Source of the DNA: Bigelowiella natans CCMP2755
Taxonomy: Eukaryota; Protista; Cercozoa
DNA: 64,000 nt
Reading direction: 5' to 3'
Assembly: GCA_000320545.1 (NCBI GenBank)
Contig: ADNK01000517.1
Location: forward strand, 1,556 to 65,555
Positions within the stretch are counted from its first letter, which is position 1, and each line of letters begins with the position of its first letter. The notes beneath the pieces were generated by a model. That model saw nothing but the letters and a program-made list of their open reading frames with translations, was not told the DNA's origin and searched no databases. Positions 14,387 through 26,473 of the stretch are shown piece after piece. The translations under genes and the position numbers were made by a program.

Positions 14387-15795
14387 CCACTTGCTCTGTC
14401 TTCGTTTCTTCGACAATGCAGCATCCGTCCAATGCACATGCACGCATGCACAATGCAAATGCAGGGCTGGATGTTTTTGAAGAACATCATGCGCTAGTTT
14501 TGCGCGATTTTTTTTTCCACCTGCAGCAAATGCGCACAGACGTGCGTCAGCGCTAGCAGCGGCGGCTACAATGTCTAGATGTGCAAAAATGCGCAAGCTC
14601 AGCGCATTCTTTTAGCCATGATGTTGTTGGGGACGTTCATGATCGTGCATGCAAAAGAGTTCGTGTGCTGGAGCTACGCTCACACAAAAGCTCGTTGCAA
14701 AATCGAAACGGGCCTGTCACATGACAATTGATGTCAATTGTGGACAACGCGTGATGCACGTGCATGCCAATGCACGTCGCCGTCACTGCTAGACTTGGAC
14801 TGACGCAATGCAATGTGGCTAGGTGGGTTGATGGCGAGCCAACAGGTGACGCACTCGGTTCAAAAAGCGATTTCTGATTCATGTTGTCAATGTTGTCAAA
14901 CGTGTTAGTCAAGACCAGACCAGCAGTGCACGCAGTGAACCACACACACCTCTGGACCTGTCCAGTCTCTAGAGTCTGTCTAGCTGTGCTAGCTGTGTGC
15001 GAGGGTTGCGATGCGGGCTGACTAGCTAGCTAGCTGACCTTCACTTGCACACGCACAACCTCGCGCAGTCTAGCAGTGCCAGAGTGTGCCAGAGTGGTCT
15101 CAGGCATGCGCACCACGCACGCTGCATGCTAGGCTGGTGAATGCACACCTGGCACGTCTAGACGTGCATTGAGCTGTGCTAGCTGTGGTTGACGTGCCAC
15201 GTGCACGTGTGTCGTGTCGTGCACTGCGCTAGCTGCGCGCGCCACGTTGAGACTTGTTGTGTCTTGTGGAAACAACGCACTGACCTCGAACAATGAACAA
15301 TGAACAAAGCATTGATGCAAAAGCACTGCGTGAGCAACAACCACATGGGAGACGTGCACAAACGTGTGGCAGTGCCTCAACAAAAATCACAGCGAGGACA
15401 ACTTGTCAGCACCCTGTTGGTGAAACAATGAATCAATGATGATGAACCACGTTTCCAAAGTGTTGCAAGACACTTGCAGTGTGCGAAACGGAGTGCCTCG
15501 AACCAGCTTCAGTGGGGTCCAACCGGAGAAACCGGGAGGAATTTGAGATTGGTGGTCTGGCCACAGAGGAGCAAAGGGACTAGCAGCAATGTGGCGACAC
15601 GTGCGTGGCGACGACGTGGAGCATCCACTCTGAGAAGGATGATGAACAAGAAATGCAGTGCCTCGAACTGGCTTCAGTGAGGACTGACTAGCAAACTAGC
15701 GGGGTTCATGCAAATTGGCACGAACTGAACATTGAATGCATCACAACTAGCAGCCAATGACGACGACGCAAAGCATCCATCCTGAGCAGGAACTT
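14387..15795. other. TpA-depleted, CTAG-retaining intergenic island (strongest example)
   Basis: Manual count: 24 TA dinucleotides in ~1.4 kb, of which 20 are CTAG, 2 CTAC and 2 TTAG. TG, CA, TGCA and CATG are abundant and CpG is retained. Confidence 0.9.
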
Positions 15796-16026
15796 CCTAA
15801 CAGCCACGTCCACACGGAGATCAACGACGTTTGTTTCTAGCCAATGTCCTGTGACTACGAGTAGGAAAGCTAAGGCCTCAATGTCGCAGGATGAAGTTGC
15901 AATCAATTTCTACAATGTCGTCGTCAAATCTCGAATTCATTGCAAACGAACATGTCGCACGGAGAAAATGGCAATGATTCTTTGAAATCTGGGAAACAAA
16001 TTTTTGAATTTGATTTAGATGCCACC

Positions 16027-16767
16027 ATGAGGCTCCGCCTACCCCTCGCGGTACTCTGTGCGCTCCTTACGAGTCGGCTAGCCTGCTGTACGGAAATCAA
16101 CAGCACAGTCATATCTACGGTCTTCCATTCATTACGAAATATAATGTGGCCTAAATTTGAAATGCAAAGTGCAAGCTTGGAGACATCACACATCCTGACA
16201 TGTTTCAATTTACAATCTAAGGACTACGAGCCCTTGCAGAGAAGTCTAGACCAACAGGCTGTGCGACTGAAGTCATACAGCAACCAAATAGGTAATAATT
16301 TATCGTTATAGGTAGGAAACCTGTAATCATTGAGAATTGCTTGTAGCTGCTCACCAGGAAGCTGTCGGAAGAGAGTTACAGCAAGCCACTCTAGTTGACA
16401 CGAGGAACTGGGAAATCATAAAATCACATCAGGTCTCTGCTACCCGTTTCAGATAATTTGCTACTTTGTGTAATTATTAACATTGTTAGGCATACCTTGC
16501 ATCTCTCAAAAATCAGTATGATGCAGTGAAGTCGGATGCTCTGACAGCGGTAGAAAATGTGGCAAATGTGATAAAAATTGTATTTTGAGTGAATATATGC
16601 CTCAGCTTCAACAAGGAATGGCTGACGTCCATATTCCTCCTGCTCCTCCTGCAACACCAATGGCCTCTGGAGCCGCTGTTTTCCCTCAAATATATTCTGG
16701 CTACCAGACACAAATTTATTCAAATTCTGTGCAAGCTCCTTTTCCGATTACTCCTCCAGTTGTTTAA
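16027..16767 (+). CDS. Possible small secreted protein (hypothetical, probably spliced)
   Basis: GCCACCATG start with signal-peptide-like MRLRLPLAVLCALLTSRLACC. Pro-rich terminal ORF at 16585-16767. Exon linkage not established. Confidence 0.3.
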
Positions 16768-16862
16768 TACTTGGCGTATTATCCCAGAGGCACGTATTTT
16801 CCCACTAAAATATTATCATCGCGGCGGTAGTCCTAAAAGTTGCTACAATCATGACATGCACA

Positions 16863-16904
<42 letters not shown>

Positions 16905-17484
16905 CCACCACCGATAAGTTGGACGTATGCATTATCGATCTTCCACGTGGCTTCATTTTCACCGGCAATCGAAGTACACGACGGGCAATGCATACACATG
17001 CATGTATAGTATAGATTTACTAAAATGCATTTGTCACATGCGCACCTAATTGCTCAAAAAGCAAAAAGTCATAAGGAGAGATAGATCTGAGATATAGCCA
17101 TGCCCGGCGATGCGGCAATACTTGAGTCATCCCTTCGATCTAGCATGTCTAGCTAGCTAGATACATGTGCATGGCGTGGCGTACAGCCTCCATAATTACT
17201 CTCAGCATGTGCCGCGTGCGTCATCTCCTGCTATGACAATAAGAAATATTTCATATATTCACACTGACACACACAGCAACATCTGTAACTCACACGTAGC
17301 AAACGGAAGTAGCAGTCGTACTGATATCACATGCTTTCTCTGCCGATCGCATAATCATGCGGGCATGGTCTGTGTTATTATTAACTATTATTGCTTAGCC
17401 CCCGTAATGCATTAATTGAAGGCATTATCATACTACATACAAATGTATGACTTTCTTTTCGAACGAATATATTCATAATCGCTC

Positions 17485-18554
17485 TTAGAGCCAGGGGTAT
17501 AACTCTGCACGCTTCTCCTCGAATTGCTTTATCTTTCCCTCTTTCTGTAAAGTGAGTCCAATGTCATCAAGACCGTTTAGAAGACAGTATCGGCGAAACT
17601 CTTCCACAGAGAAGCTTATCTTATCCCCATTCGACCTGCAGAGCACAAACAACACCAAAATCACATGTGTATCCAAGTTACAAGAGCCATCAACCCCATG
17701 GTTTTCTATCGACGAATTTAGTTCTTCACTGCGAAAGTTGCCAACCATTAACAACTGGTTGGTATTTTTCTTGGCTACTGTGTCGAAGTCAGTCAGGCTC
17801 TAGATTATTATCTCGGAAGCAGCCCTTACGTTCCATGCAGGTAGCACTTGAACTGCTACTACTCCTCACAACGATACTCGCAAATACCTTGTGATGGTCT
17901 GAGACTCGAGATCGACAGTGACTGGCTTCGTGGCCTTCGCGTCCTCTAGCAGCGTATCACGCTGTGGGAGGGAGAATATCTTCAGTTAGGAGGCATCAAT
18001 TCCAACAGTTTGGTTCTGTAAGGAGGAAGAGAGGAGGAGGAGGAGGAGGAGGAGGAGGAGGAGGAGGAGGAGAGACCGACTAACCACTTCTTCCGGCACT
18101 TTAAGTGGCAGCATGCCGTTCTTGAAGCAGTTGTTGAAGAAAATGTCAGCGAAGCTCGTCGAGATAATGCACTTGAACCCCATATCGTTCAGAGCCCACG
18201 GTGCGTGCTCCCTGAAGATGATGATGACGTTTTATAAACTTTACTTAGAAGGGGGGGAGAACCGGTCATGTTCCAGAGTTATGCACTTCAGTATCATCAT
18301 CCGTAGCAGACGACGATGCAATAGCGCAATAATTGACAGATAGAATGCTTCAAAACTACCTGGACGATCCGCATCCGAAGTTTTCCCCTGCAATAAGGAT
18401 TGGGGCGCCTTTGTACACAGGCTAATAGTTGCGGATAGTAGTGGAGGGGGGTTGGTTAGATGATCGCGATCAATCATGAGTGCGAAGGGTGCGAAGGTAT
18501 TGATTATCATAATGAGCAGCACCTAACACAAGCTTCTACAAACACGCACACTCA

Positions 18555-18588
<34 letters not shown>

Positions 18589-19489
18589 AAGAATAGCAGA
18601 ACGCCAATAATTCATATTCATATGCTGGCGTGCCTGGTTCAGGATGAAGTCCTCCCTCTCCTTGCCGTCATCATCATATCGCATCTCGTCGAATGCGTGC
18701 ACGCCGAGTCCTGAGCGCTTGATGGTCTTGAGGAATTGTTTGGGAATGATCATATCCGTATCGACGTTCCTCATGTCCAGTGGGGCTGCTGTGCCCGAGA
18801 CGCTGGTGAAGGCCTCAAACATAGTAACGCTGCGACCGGTTCTAAACCCCCGTCTCTGCTGGTTGAAGTTGCCCTGCTGTACGCGCCTCGTCGTCGAGAA
18901 CGAGCGCTGGCCCCCTCCCAATTTTCGGACGTCCGAGAGGCGCCCAGTAACAGCGGCAGCAGCTGTACAGTAGAAAGGAGGCATACTTTGTGGGTGGGTG
19001 GGTGGGTGCGATTCTAGTGAAAGGTGGTGTAAAATTTGCGACTTCGATAAACCTAATCTACGTCGCCCTCTCCCTCCTCCCTCCTCCACCTCCTCTTCTC
19101 AGATCATCCTCCAAACTCTTTAGGTTCTCGTCGGAATGATGACGATGAAGATGATGATGGTGGTCGTGGTGGTGGTGATGCGCAGTATCCTCTTTACTGC
19201 TACTACTTACTAACGTACGGGCCATGCAGGGCTGACGAGATGTGTGCGACTCCTTTCCTGTCGGCCCTCAAAATTGCGGTTTGACGTCGAAGCGCAGCGT
19301 TCCCCTGGTTCCAGGCGATCAGCATTCATGGCAAGACACATGGAGCATCCAGGCTCACGCCACTCGAAGCCTGCCTCGAGGAAGATCTGGTCGAGGCCTT
19401 CTTCTTCAGCTTGCTTCTTTACAAGCCCAGATCCAGGCACGATCATTGCAGTCTTTATGTTGCCCGCAACCTGTTGTTGTCGTACTCAT

Positions 19490-19527
<38 letters not shown>

Positions 19528-20462
19528 CTCTCACCCTCAGGCCATCACCCATCATCAATATAAATCCTATGTAAGCTCTTCCTCCCCCTGGCACTACTAC
19601 TACTACTACTTCTTCTTCTTCTTCTACTACTACTGCTACTACTACCACTACTACTGCTGCTGCTACTATTACTACTACCTTGAGCCCCTTGGCAACGTCT
19701 GCAGCCGCCCTAAGGTCCTCGATTCTCCCATTGGTGCAAGACCCGATGAACACCTGGTGGTGGGCGATTTTGTGATCACATCGCATAAATCATCAACGAA
19801 TGAATGGAGGCTAGATAGTGGCAAATTAGCAATGATCATGATCATGATGATGATGATGATGATGATGATGGGGAACCAGCGAGATGAAGCCCCAATCCCA
19901 CCCCCACACACAACACGGAACATAATGCTCGTTGTTCTTTTCTATCGATCCTTTGGGCAGCAGCAGCGGCAGGAGGAGGAGAAGGAGCAGAAGCAGCAGC
20001 ATCAAGCAACTCTGCCTAGATACCTACCTTGTCAACTTCAATGTCTTCAACCTTCGTGCCAGGCTCCAAGCCCATGTAGTCAAGTGCACGTTCAATCGCC
20101 TTCGCTTTGGCGGGGTCCGACTCGCTCTTGGGGTCGGGAACAGCGTCTGGAAAAGACCCCCAGATTAAGGGGGAAAGAAGGGAAAGAAGCAGATGAGGAA
20201 AAAGCTGGGGAAATCAACAACGATTTCACAGTATCTGTGATGCTTGTTCCTCCTGCTTTCAAAGGAGAAAGAAGCAGCTATTATTACCATCGACACGAAG
20301 TACGTCTTCTGGTGAAGTTCCCCACGTGACCATAGGCGCAATGTCCTTAGCATCAAGCACCACTTCTGTGTCGTATGTGGCCCCTGGGTCTGAAGGCAGA
20401 GTCTTCCAGTACGACACCTAATGATTTGGAAAATAAAGAAAGCGAGAAAGGAGGAGGAGAGT

Positions 20463-20508
<46 letters not shown>

Positions 20509-21066
20509 GTAAATCAACGAGACATGAGACAGATTTTGGTTGTTATATGGACGCAAATGAGAAGTAAGATTCGCATCCACCTCTTAAAGATGGTAAGGAA
20601 CATTGGAATCATCATCATCAACATCAACAATAACAACAAAGACGACGACGAAAACAAGGGAGAGGCGGCTCGCATCCTATACCGCTCGCCACCAACGCCG
20701 AAACATGCATTAATAACATGATGTGATTGGCAAGCAACAAGCCACAGACGACCGCTTTCTCCCAGTTCTCTCCCTGTGGAGCCATAGGCTTGCCCTTGAG
20801 ATAGTCGAATGTTATCTGTATTACGAATCATTGCACGACAGAAGAAGAAGAAGAAGAAGAAGAAGAAGAAGGAGTGAGACCTCAGGTCATCTTGGAATCA
20901 TAGCGGTGTTGGCAAACGTTATGAAGATGATGACGTAACGAAGATAAGACACCCCACAGCTGCTCGATCGACCGCATATTCAGTACTTACTCCCCAATTA
21001 AGTAAAGTAAACGAAGAACACACAGCTTAAACTTCCTAGAGCCATAGTAAATCAATCCATTTATTC

Positions 21067-21112
<46 letters not shown>

Positions 21113-21113
21113 C

Positions 21114-21153
<40 letters not shown>

Positions 21154-22901
21154 GGTCAGGGGCAATCATGCCTGCACGGGCGCCGCCTTCAATGGACATA
21201 TTGCAGATGGTCATTCTGGCTTCCATCGACAGCTTACCCATCACATCGCCTGCATACTCGATCACATGGCCGGTGCCTCCCGCTGTTCCAATTACGCCGA
21301 TAATAGCCAGAACAACGTCCTGGGAAATCCAGATGATGTGAATCAAGAAGAAGAAGAAGAAGAAGAAGAAGAAGAAGAAGAAGCGGCAGTCATGGTTATG
21401 AAGATGAAGAGGAATGGAAAATGGAAAGCGGTTTTTACAGAAATGCATTATATATGTTAGAATACTTATGACGGGTAGGGGGGCGGGGAGGGAGGGGCAC
21501 CACCTTAGATGTAACTCCTGGAAGCAACTCGCCCTCAACGGTAATACGCATGTTCTTGGCGGGCTTTTGCAACAGCGTTTGTGTGGCCAAAACGTGCTCA
21601 ACCTCCGATGTACCAATACCGAATGCAAGAGCACCGAAAGCTCCATGTGTGGACGTGTGACTGTCCCCGCACACGATCGTCATTCCAGGCTGTGTGAAGC
21701 CTGTGCCGTCATCATCATCGTATCATCGACAACACCACCAACCAGCAGAGAGAAGCTTTGCCCCCCCCCCCCCCCCCCTCTCTCTCTTTTTCTCTCTCTT
21801 TGCTCTGTGTGCATGCTTGTGAAGTGCAAATGCACACCTTGCTCGGGTCCGATGATGTGAACAATGCCCTGGCGTTGGTCCTCCATGCCGAAGTACTCCA
21901 AACCGAACTCACCACAGTTTGCTGTCAACGTCTCGACCTTTGTTTTTGTGCAGTAGCAGGTAAATCAACACAAAGATTCGGCTTCAGCGCAGCGTTGGAT
22001 CGATTTTAAAGTGGTTTTGCTTGTTCCTGCAAGCTACACCTTACGTTCTTCAAACACACCCCTCAAGCAACCCCTTAGCGTATGCAACTACAACACAACG
22101 TTGAACCTGGAGCTTGGACTCCGGGTTGTCAATCCCCTTCCTACGATCTGTCGTTGGAACGTTGTGGTCCGCAGTTGCTAAGGTGCAATCCAAACGACGG
22201 ACCTGCCGTCCAGCCGTACGGAGTCCCTCGAAGGCTGATGATTCGATTTATTATATGCAAATATTCCAATATTACGAATGATTCGATCCAGTGCTAATGT
22301 ACTAGCCTAAAAATTTTGTCGGGGTGCATAATGGTGCTAATGGTGACGTGGAGGCTGCAAAAGATACGTTTGGTGTTTGGCTTCCACCATGAAAACCATC
22401 TCACAAGCTTCTATCAGAAATGAGGACACATGGTCTACAAAAACCTTGAGGGCTCGTGACTTCATGGACAAGGTGACGGTCGATGTAGATGAGGCAGGTG
22501 CCATCATCCTGCGAAAAAGGTAGAGGAAAATAAAGTTTAGCATAAAAGACCCACCCACCTGTGTCTTATCTGTTCTAAAAGGGGAAAATACGATTTACTA
22601 GCATCTCCACCAGGCTGATAGTGCGGCTCCATATTCATTCGAAAGAATGCGTGTGGTAATCACCAACCTGCTTATCTACGACATGACTTTCCCAGATCTT
22701 GTCAAAAAGGGTTTTGGGTGCCGAGGACATCCATCGAAGGCTATTGGTGCCCGTGCGTGCCGCCACGCGACGGTGGGGTCTGAGAAACCAATTAGATGAA
22801 TTTAGAATCGCGCTTGACGATGGTGTTTTTGTAGCCGGATTTCTCGACAAAATTTGTCTTAGTTCTCGATGATCCTCCCCCCTTGATCTACTTAGATACA
22901 T
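17485..22901 (-). CDS. LEU1: 3-isopropylmalate dehydratase, fused LeuC+LeuD, with mitochondrial-type presequence; many exons
   Basis: [110 protein letters not shown]. Start codon uncertain. Confidence 0.95.
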
Positions 22902-24283
22902 GTGTTTTCGAAAAAGTAGTCTCCGAAATTGGGAAAATGGGGATACGAAAAATAACACATGCTAGGACCCTCTGCGATTGTGACAACTATGAGCTTCTTC
23001 ATGTGACTAAGCATGCAGGAGTAGCTTCTCTGGTAGTTCTAACGTTCTAAGAGGTTAACCGAGTGAGTAAGCAACGCCACATTGTTGAGCAACGTTCTCT
23101 CGTTCGGGGAAGGGGGGTTCCAAAGGTTACGTTCCCGTGTTTTTGCGCCACGTCGGATTACGTCTAGGCTGAAATTCGACATAAATGCACTCCCTTTTAT
23201 AGACTGCGACATCACGGAAATAGCTTGATGTTTTCATCAGCATTTTTCCCAAATAAAATGTTGTCGTTCGAACCAATCGCCGATCCTTTTCTGCACAATT
23301 GGCATTCCTCCCGTAGATCTACTCGCCCTGTCGATCGGCTTGTCAACAGCCTGCAGCCCATCGGAATGTCGAATTGACACGAATCTTGAGCAGAGTGATC
23401 CTTGAGCTCATTCAGTAATGCAGGTTCTGTTCAGCATTCTTCTTCTTCCTTCAGCCGCAGATCAGCCACTCGTTCAATCTGACATTCGGCTGCACGTCGA
23501 CATGCACCATTCTGGCATTGGAATTGCTTCGTGCATCGTTGGCGCTTGGAACCACCATCCATCATTGCATTGATCAATCAATTCGTCGTTCATTCAAGTG
23601 GTGAGCCAGCACACTAATCGTCGGTTGCACTGACGAGCGCTGTCACGAAGGAAGAGTTGGAAGGAGAGTGGAAGAGTGTGAGGAAGAAGAAGAAGATGCA
23701 AAGAAGAAGAAGAAGAATGAGAAGACGAAGCAGCACGTGGATTAGAGGAAGTCCAGAAATCATAGAAGTGTGTGTGCGTCTATACATCACCCTCAAAAAC
23801 TGCACACCACTAGACCAGGTTCTCCCATTCTGATCAAGCCTGGTGTCTGACGAAGTCACGGGGCTCACGTTCATCGATCGTGCTGAGGTGCGCACAGCGG
23901 AAGCACCTCATCATGGACTGTGTGAGTGCGTGCATGTGATGTGTGTCCTTGTTGATCGAGCACAATTTGATCACAAGAAGGTGCAGTGATCACAACTCTT
24001 ATACTCTACCTTACTAGCTAGACTGAAGGAGACACAACGATGCCATCCAGCCAGCGCCACAAACTCACTCATTTTTCAACATCAGCACTAGACATAGCAG
24101 GCAGGGAGCGGACAAAGCTCCGCAACAAACTGCTCTGCACGACCAAACGCGGACTGGCGTCAAGAATTTTGGGCCGCTGTGCTCTGTGCTTCATAGAGCT
24201 TATGCATTGCTACATCACATTGCCAGAAATTCAGGATTTCATGTGTGCAAACTTGCATCCATCCAGACAAACAAGTGAAGGCT

Positions 24284-24525
24284 CTGCCCGCTCATTAGTT
24301 GCACATTGATTTTGTTCATTGCTGACAGTGATTGCATGCATTGTGTTCTGTGTTGCAAATGTCTGCTCGCTCATCAGCTGCACACTGCTAGCATTGGTTT
24401 TGTTCATTGCTGACAGAATTTGCATGCATCGTGTTCTGTGTCACAAACATCTGCTCGCTCATCAGTTGCACATTGGTTTCATTTATTGCTGACAGAACAT
24501 GCATCGTGTTCCATGTTACAAACAT
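24284..24525. repeat. Three-copy ~80-bp degenerate tandem repeat
   Basis: Units start at 24284, 24363 and 24451 (CTGCYCGCTCAT...TTGCTGACAG...GCATYGTGTTC...CAAA). Most differences are TA/TG/CA swaps. Confidence 0.9.
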
Positions 24526-24875
24526 TTTGCAATATGTCGAACTTCACTACATGCTTTTTTTGTACCATGCATGCATCTCTAGCTACGCTAGTACGACGGT
24601 GACACTTTTGTTTAATATTAGTCTTCTTGCGCATCTTAATTGCACTAAGCACGCCCGACCAGGTCACTTCAATCTCACGCGGTTTCTACACTTATTTTTT
24701 CCGCCTTAATCTAAACGAATATGCCAGGATCCTAATTTCCTGTATGCAGTGACTACACTGCATCGCATCAAAAGTCTGCTTCTTACATTTCTAGCTAGTA
24801 ACAATAACTGCGTTTTTCGGTTAGGAGACTTGATAATTCTTCATGTATATACAAAATTTTCAAAATTAATTTCTT

Positions 24876-25781
24876 TTAGGAGTACTTCTTCCTTTTGCGG
24901 TAACGTTTGTCTCCTGTCCTCCATTTATATATTGCCCTCTCCGCATCGTGCTTCGTATTCAGAACTGATATTTTATAATTAGAAATTATGGAAATGAATT
25001 TACGTTGTTTACGTCACAATAATAAATCTTTTCGGTAATTATTGATTCGTAGGGAATAGATGTTAGAATAAAAACTTACTTTCTTCTTCGAGCAACGCTA
25101 GCTTTGACACGAAAGGCGCATGCGTGTTCGCACGCCAGACGGTAGATCTGACAATTATTTCTCGGAATCTGGCCCCCAGGCCCTTTAATAGCATCCCAGT
25201 TATGGACGGGTCCTGAAACCTAAAGGTAGGAGAACTTATTGATGACTTATTCCTCAAGATCTTTTGGAAAGCTGATGTGGTTCTTACAGTTCAGATAGTC
25301 TTTGGCCGAGCTCGTAGAAATGTGGAGGACAACGCTCCCTTAAATCCATTGCTTCTGGCTCAGCTAAAAAATTCTTTTCGAAGGCCTTCCCTAAGTAGTC
25401 TGGAATGTTTATATCTACGACGTTCCGTTTTTTGAGTGATTCGGCGAGCCAAAAGGGCACCTGGACTTTCGCATCTTCTTTCACCTGTCGACAGTATTTG
25501 CGCTATTCACCCTCAGGATCTACCATCAATCATTTATTATTTACGTCATCTGAGATCCCATTCGGGTCAAGGTATCCAAGATCTGTTGCGTCGATTCTGA
25601 AACTCACGGTTACGGGCTGATGGGATAGGAGACAGACAAGTCAGAAATTTTATGTTATATGCGAGTTGGATTGCAAAATTTGTACTGCGTGAGTGAATGC
25701 GTGTACCTCTGACTCTATAAGAATATCATCAATGTCGTAGTAAGAGCTTCTATTCGGTCTGCTCTTTCCAGAGGAGGACAT
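24876..25781 (-). CDS. PSF3: GINS complex subunit Psf3
   Basis: YYDIDDILIE, LGYLDP, KVQVPFWLAESL, DLRERCPPHFYELG, RFREII, FVSKLALLEEE. The last exon has an apparent 1-nt indel near 24935. Confidence 0.85.
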
Positions 25782-26473
25782 GGGGATGCGGGACAAGAAG
25801 GATGGTGGCTGTTGGAAGAGTGCCTACTTTGCGTGCTATTGGGCTTTCGGTGGTCGTCGCATTGAGAGAATGTGCTGCATTCATCAACCTGCCAAACACG
25901 CGGGAACTAGTTTGGATTTTGGATCAATCCTGATCATCAAGGAAATTGCCTTGTGTTTTCGATTTGCGACTGCATGCCGACCTTTGAACGATAATTATTT
26001 ACCGGGAGAAGAAGTAGATCTATCTTGCTACATAGATCTAGATCTACATGTAGATCTACCAGGATTATTTTTATCAGTTGATTTTCTTGCAGGGACGGAA
26101 CTTGTTTTCGGCTTACTATTTGGATCAAATTTTAAGCCGAAAACATCTTATTTCCATGACAGATTATCATGAAAATATTTTTATGAAAACTAGGCACACT
26201 TCTCCCAACGCAAGGTCTCCATTGTGGTGTTGTGTAGCGAGCCATTCAGCCGGGGTTGGACAGGACACGCTTCTGCTCTAAGTTGCCGTATCCTTTCCCT
26301 CACTGTCCTGAAATTTTTTAATGTGTTATTGCACGCGGTGCATAGAAATAGCAACGAAATTTTGTTCACCGCTGCGTGTAATTATCTCCGATGTAGAAGA
26401 CGTAGTTGGTGCATGCAGGTCTTGCTGAAGAAAGAATCAAAATGTATGTACTAATTGATAGGCTTTCATAAGT

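Noticed and set aside
15492-15680. Direct repeat AGTGCCTCGAAC[CA/TG]GCTTCAGTG as proof of TA mutation
   Set aside because: The ancestor could be CTAG or CCGG, so it is uninformative on direction.
14272-15906. Many short His/Cys/Met-rich ORFs on both strands (also ~8100-8830, 24040-24700, 28865-29190, 49868-50167)
   Set aside because: Expected by-product of TA loss: stops and Tyr codons become Gln/Trp/His/Cys and ATA becomes ATG. No domain motifs.
19220-19262. Apparent frameshift/pseudogenisation in LEU1 ([19 protein letters not shown])
   Set aside because: Restoring single bases in G/C runs gives the canonical [17 protein letters not shown]. Similar homopolymer indels at ~24935 and ~56310 point to consensus errors.
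23641-24219. Possible solo LTR (TGTCACG...ATCACA)
   Set aside because: No target-site duplication or second copy in the window.
24284-24525. CRISPR-like array
   Set aside because: Whole units are homologous with no unique spacers, there are no cas genes, and the context is eukaryotic.
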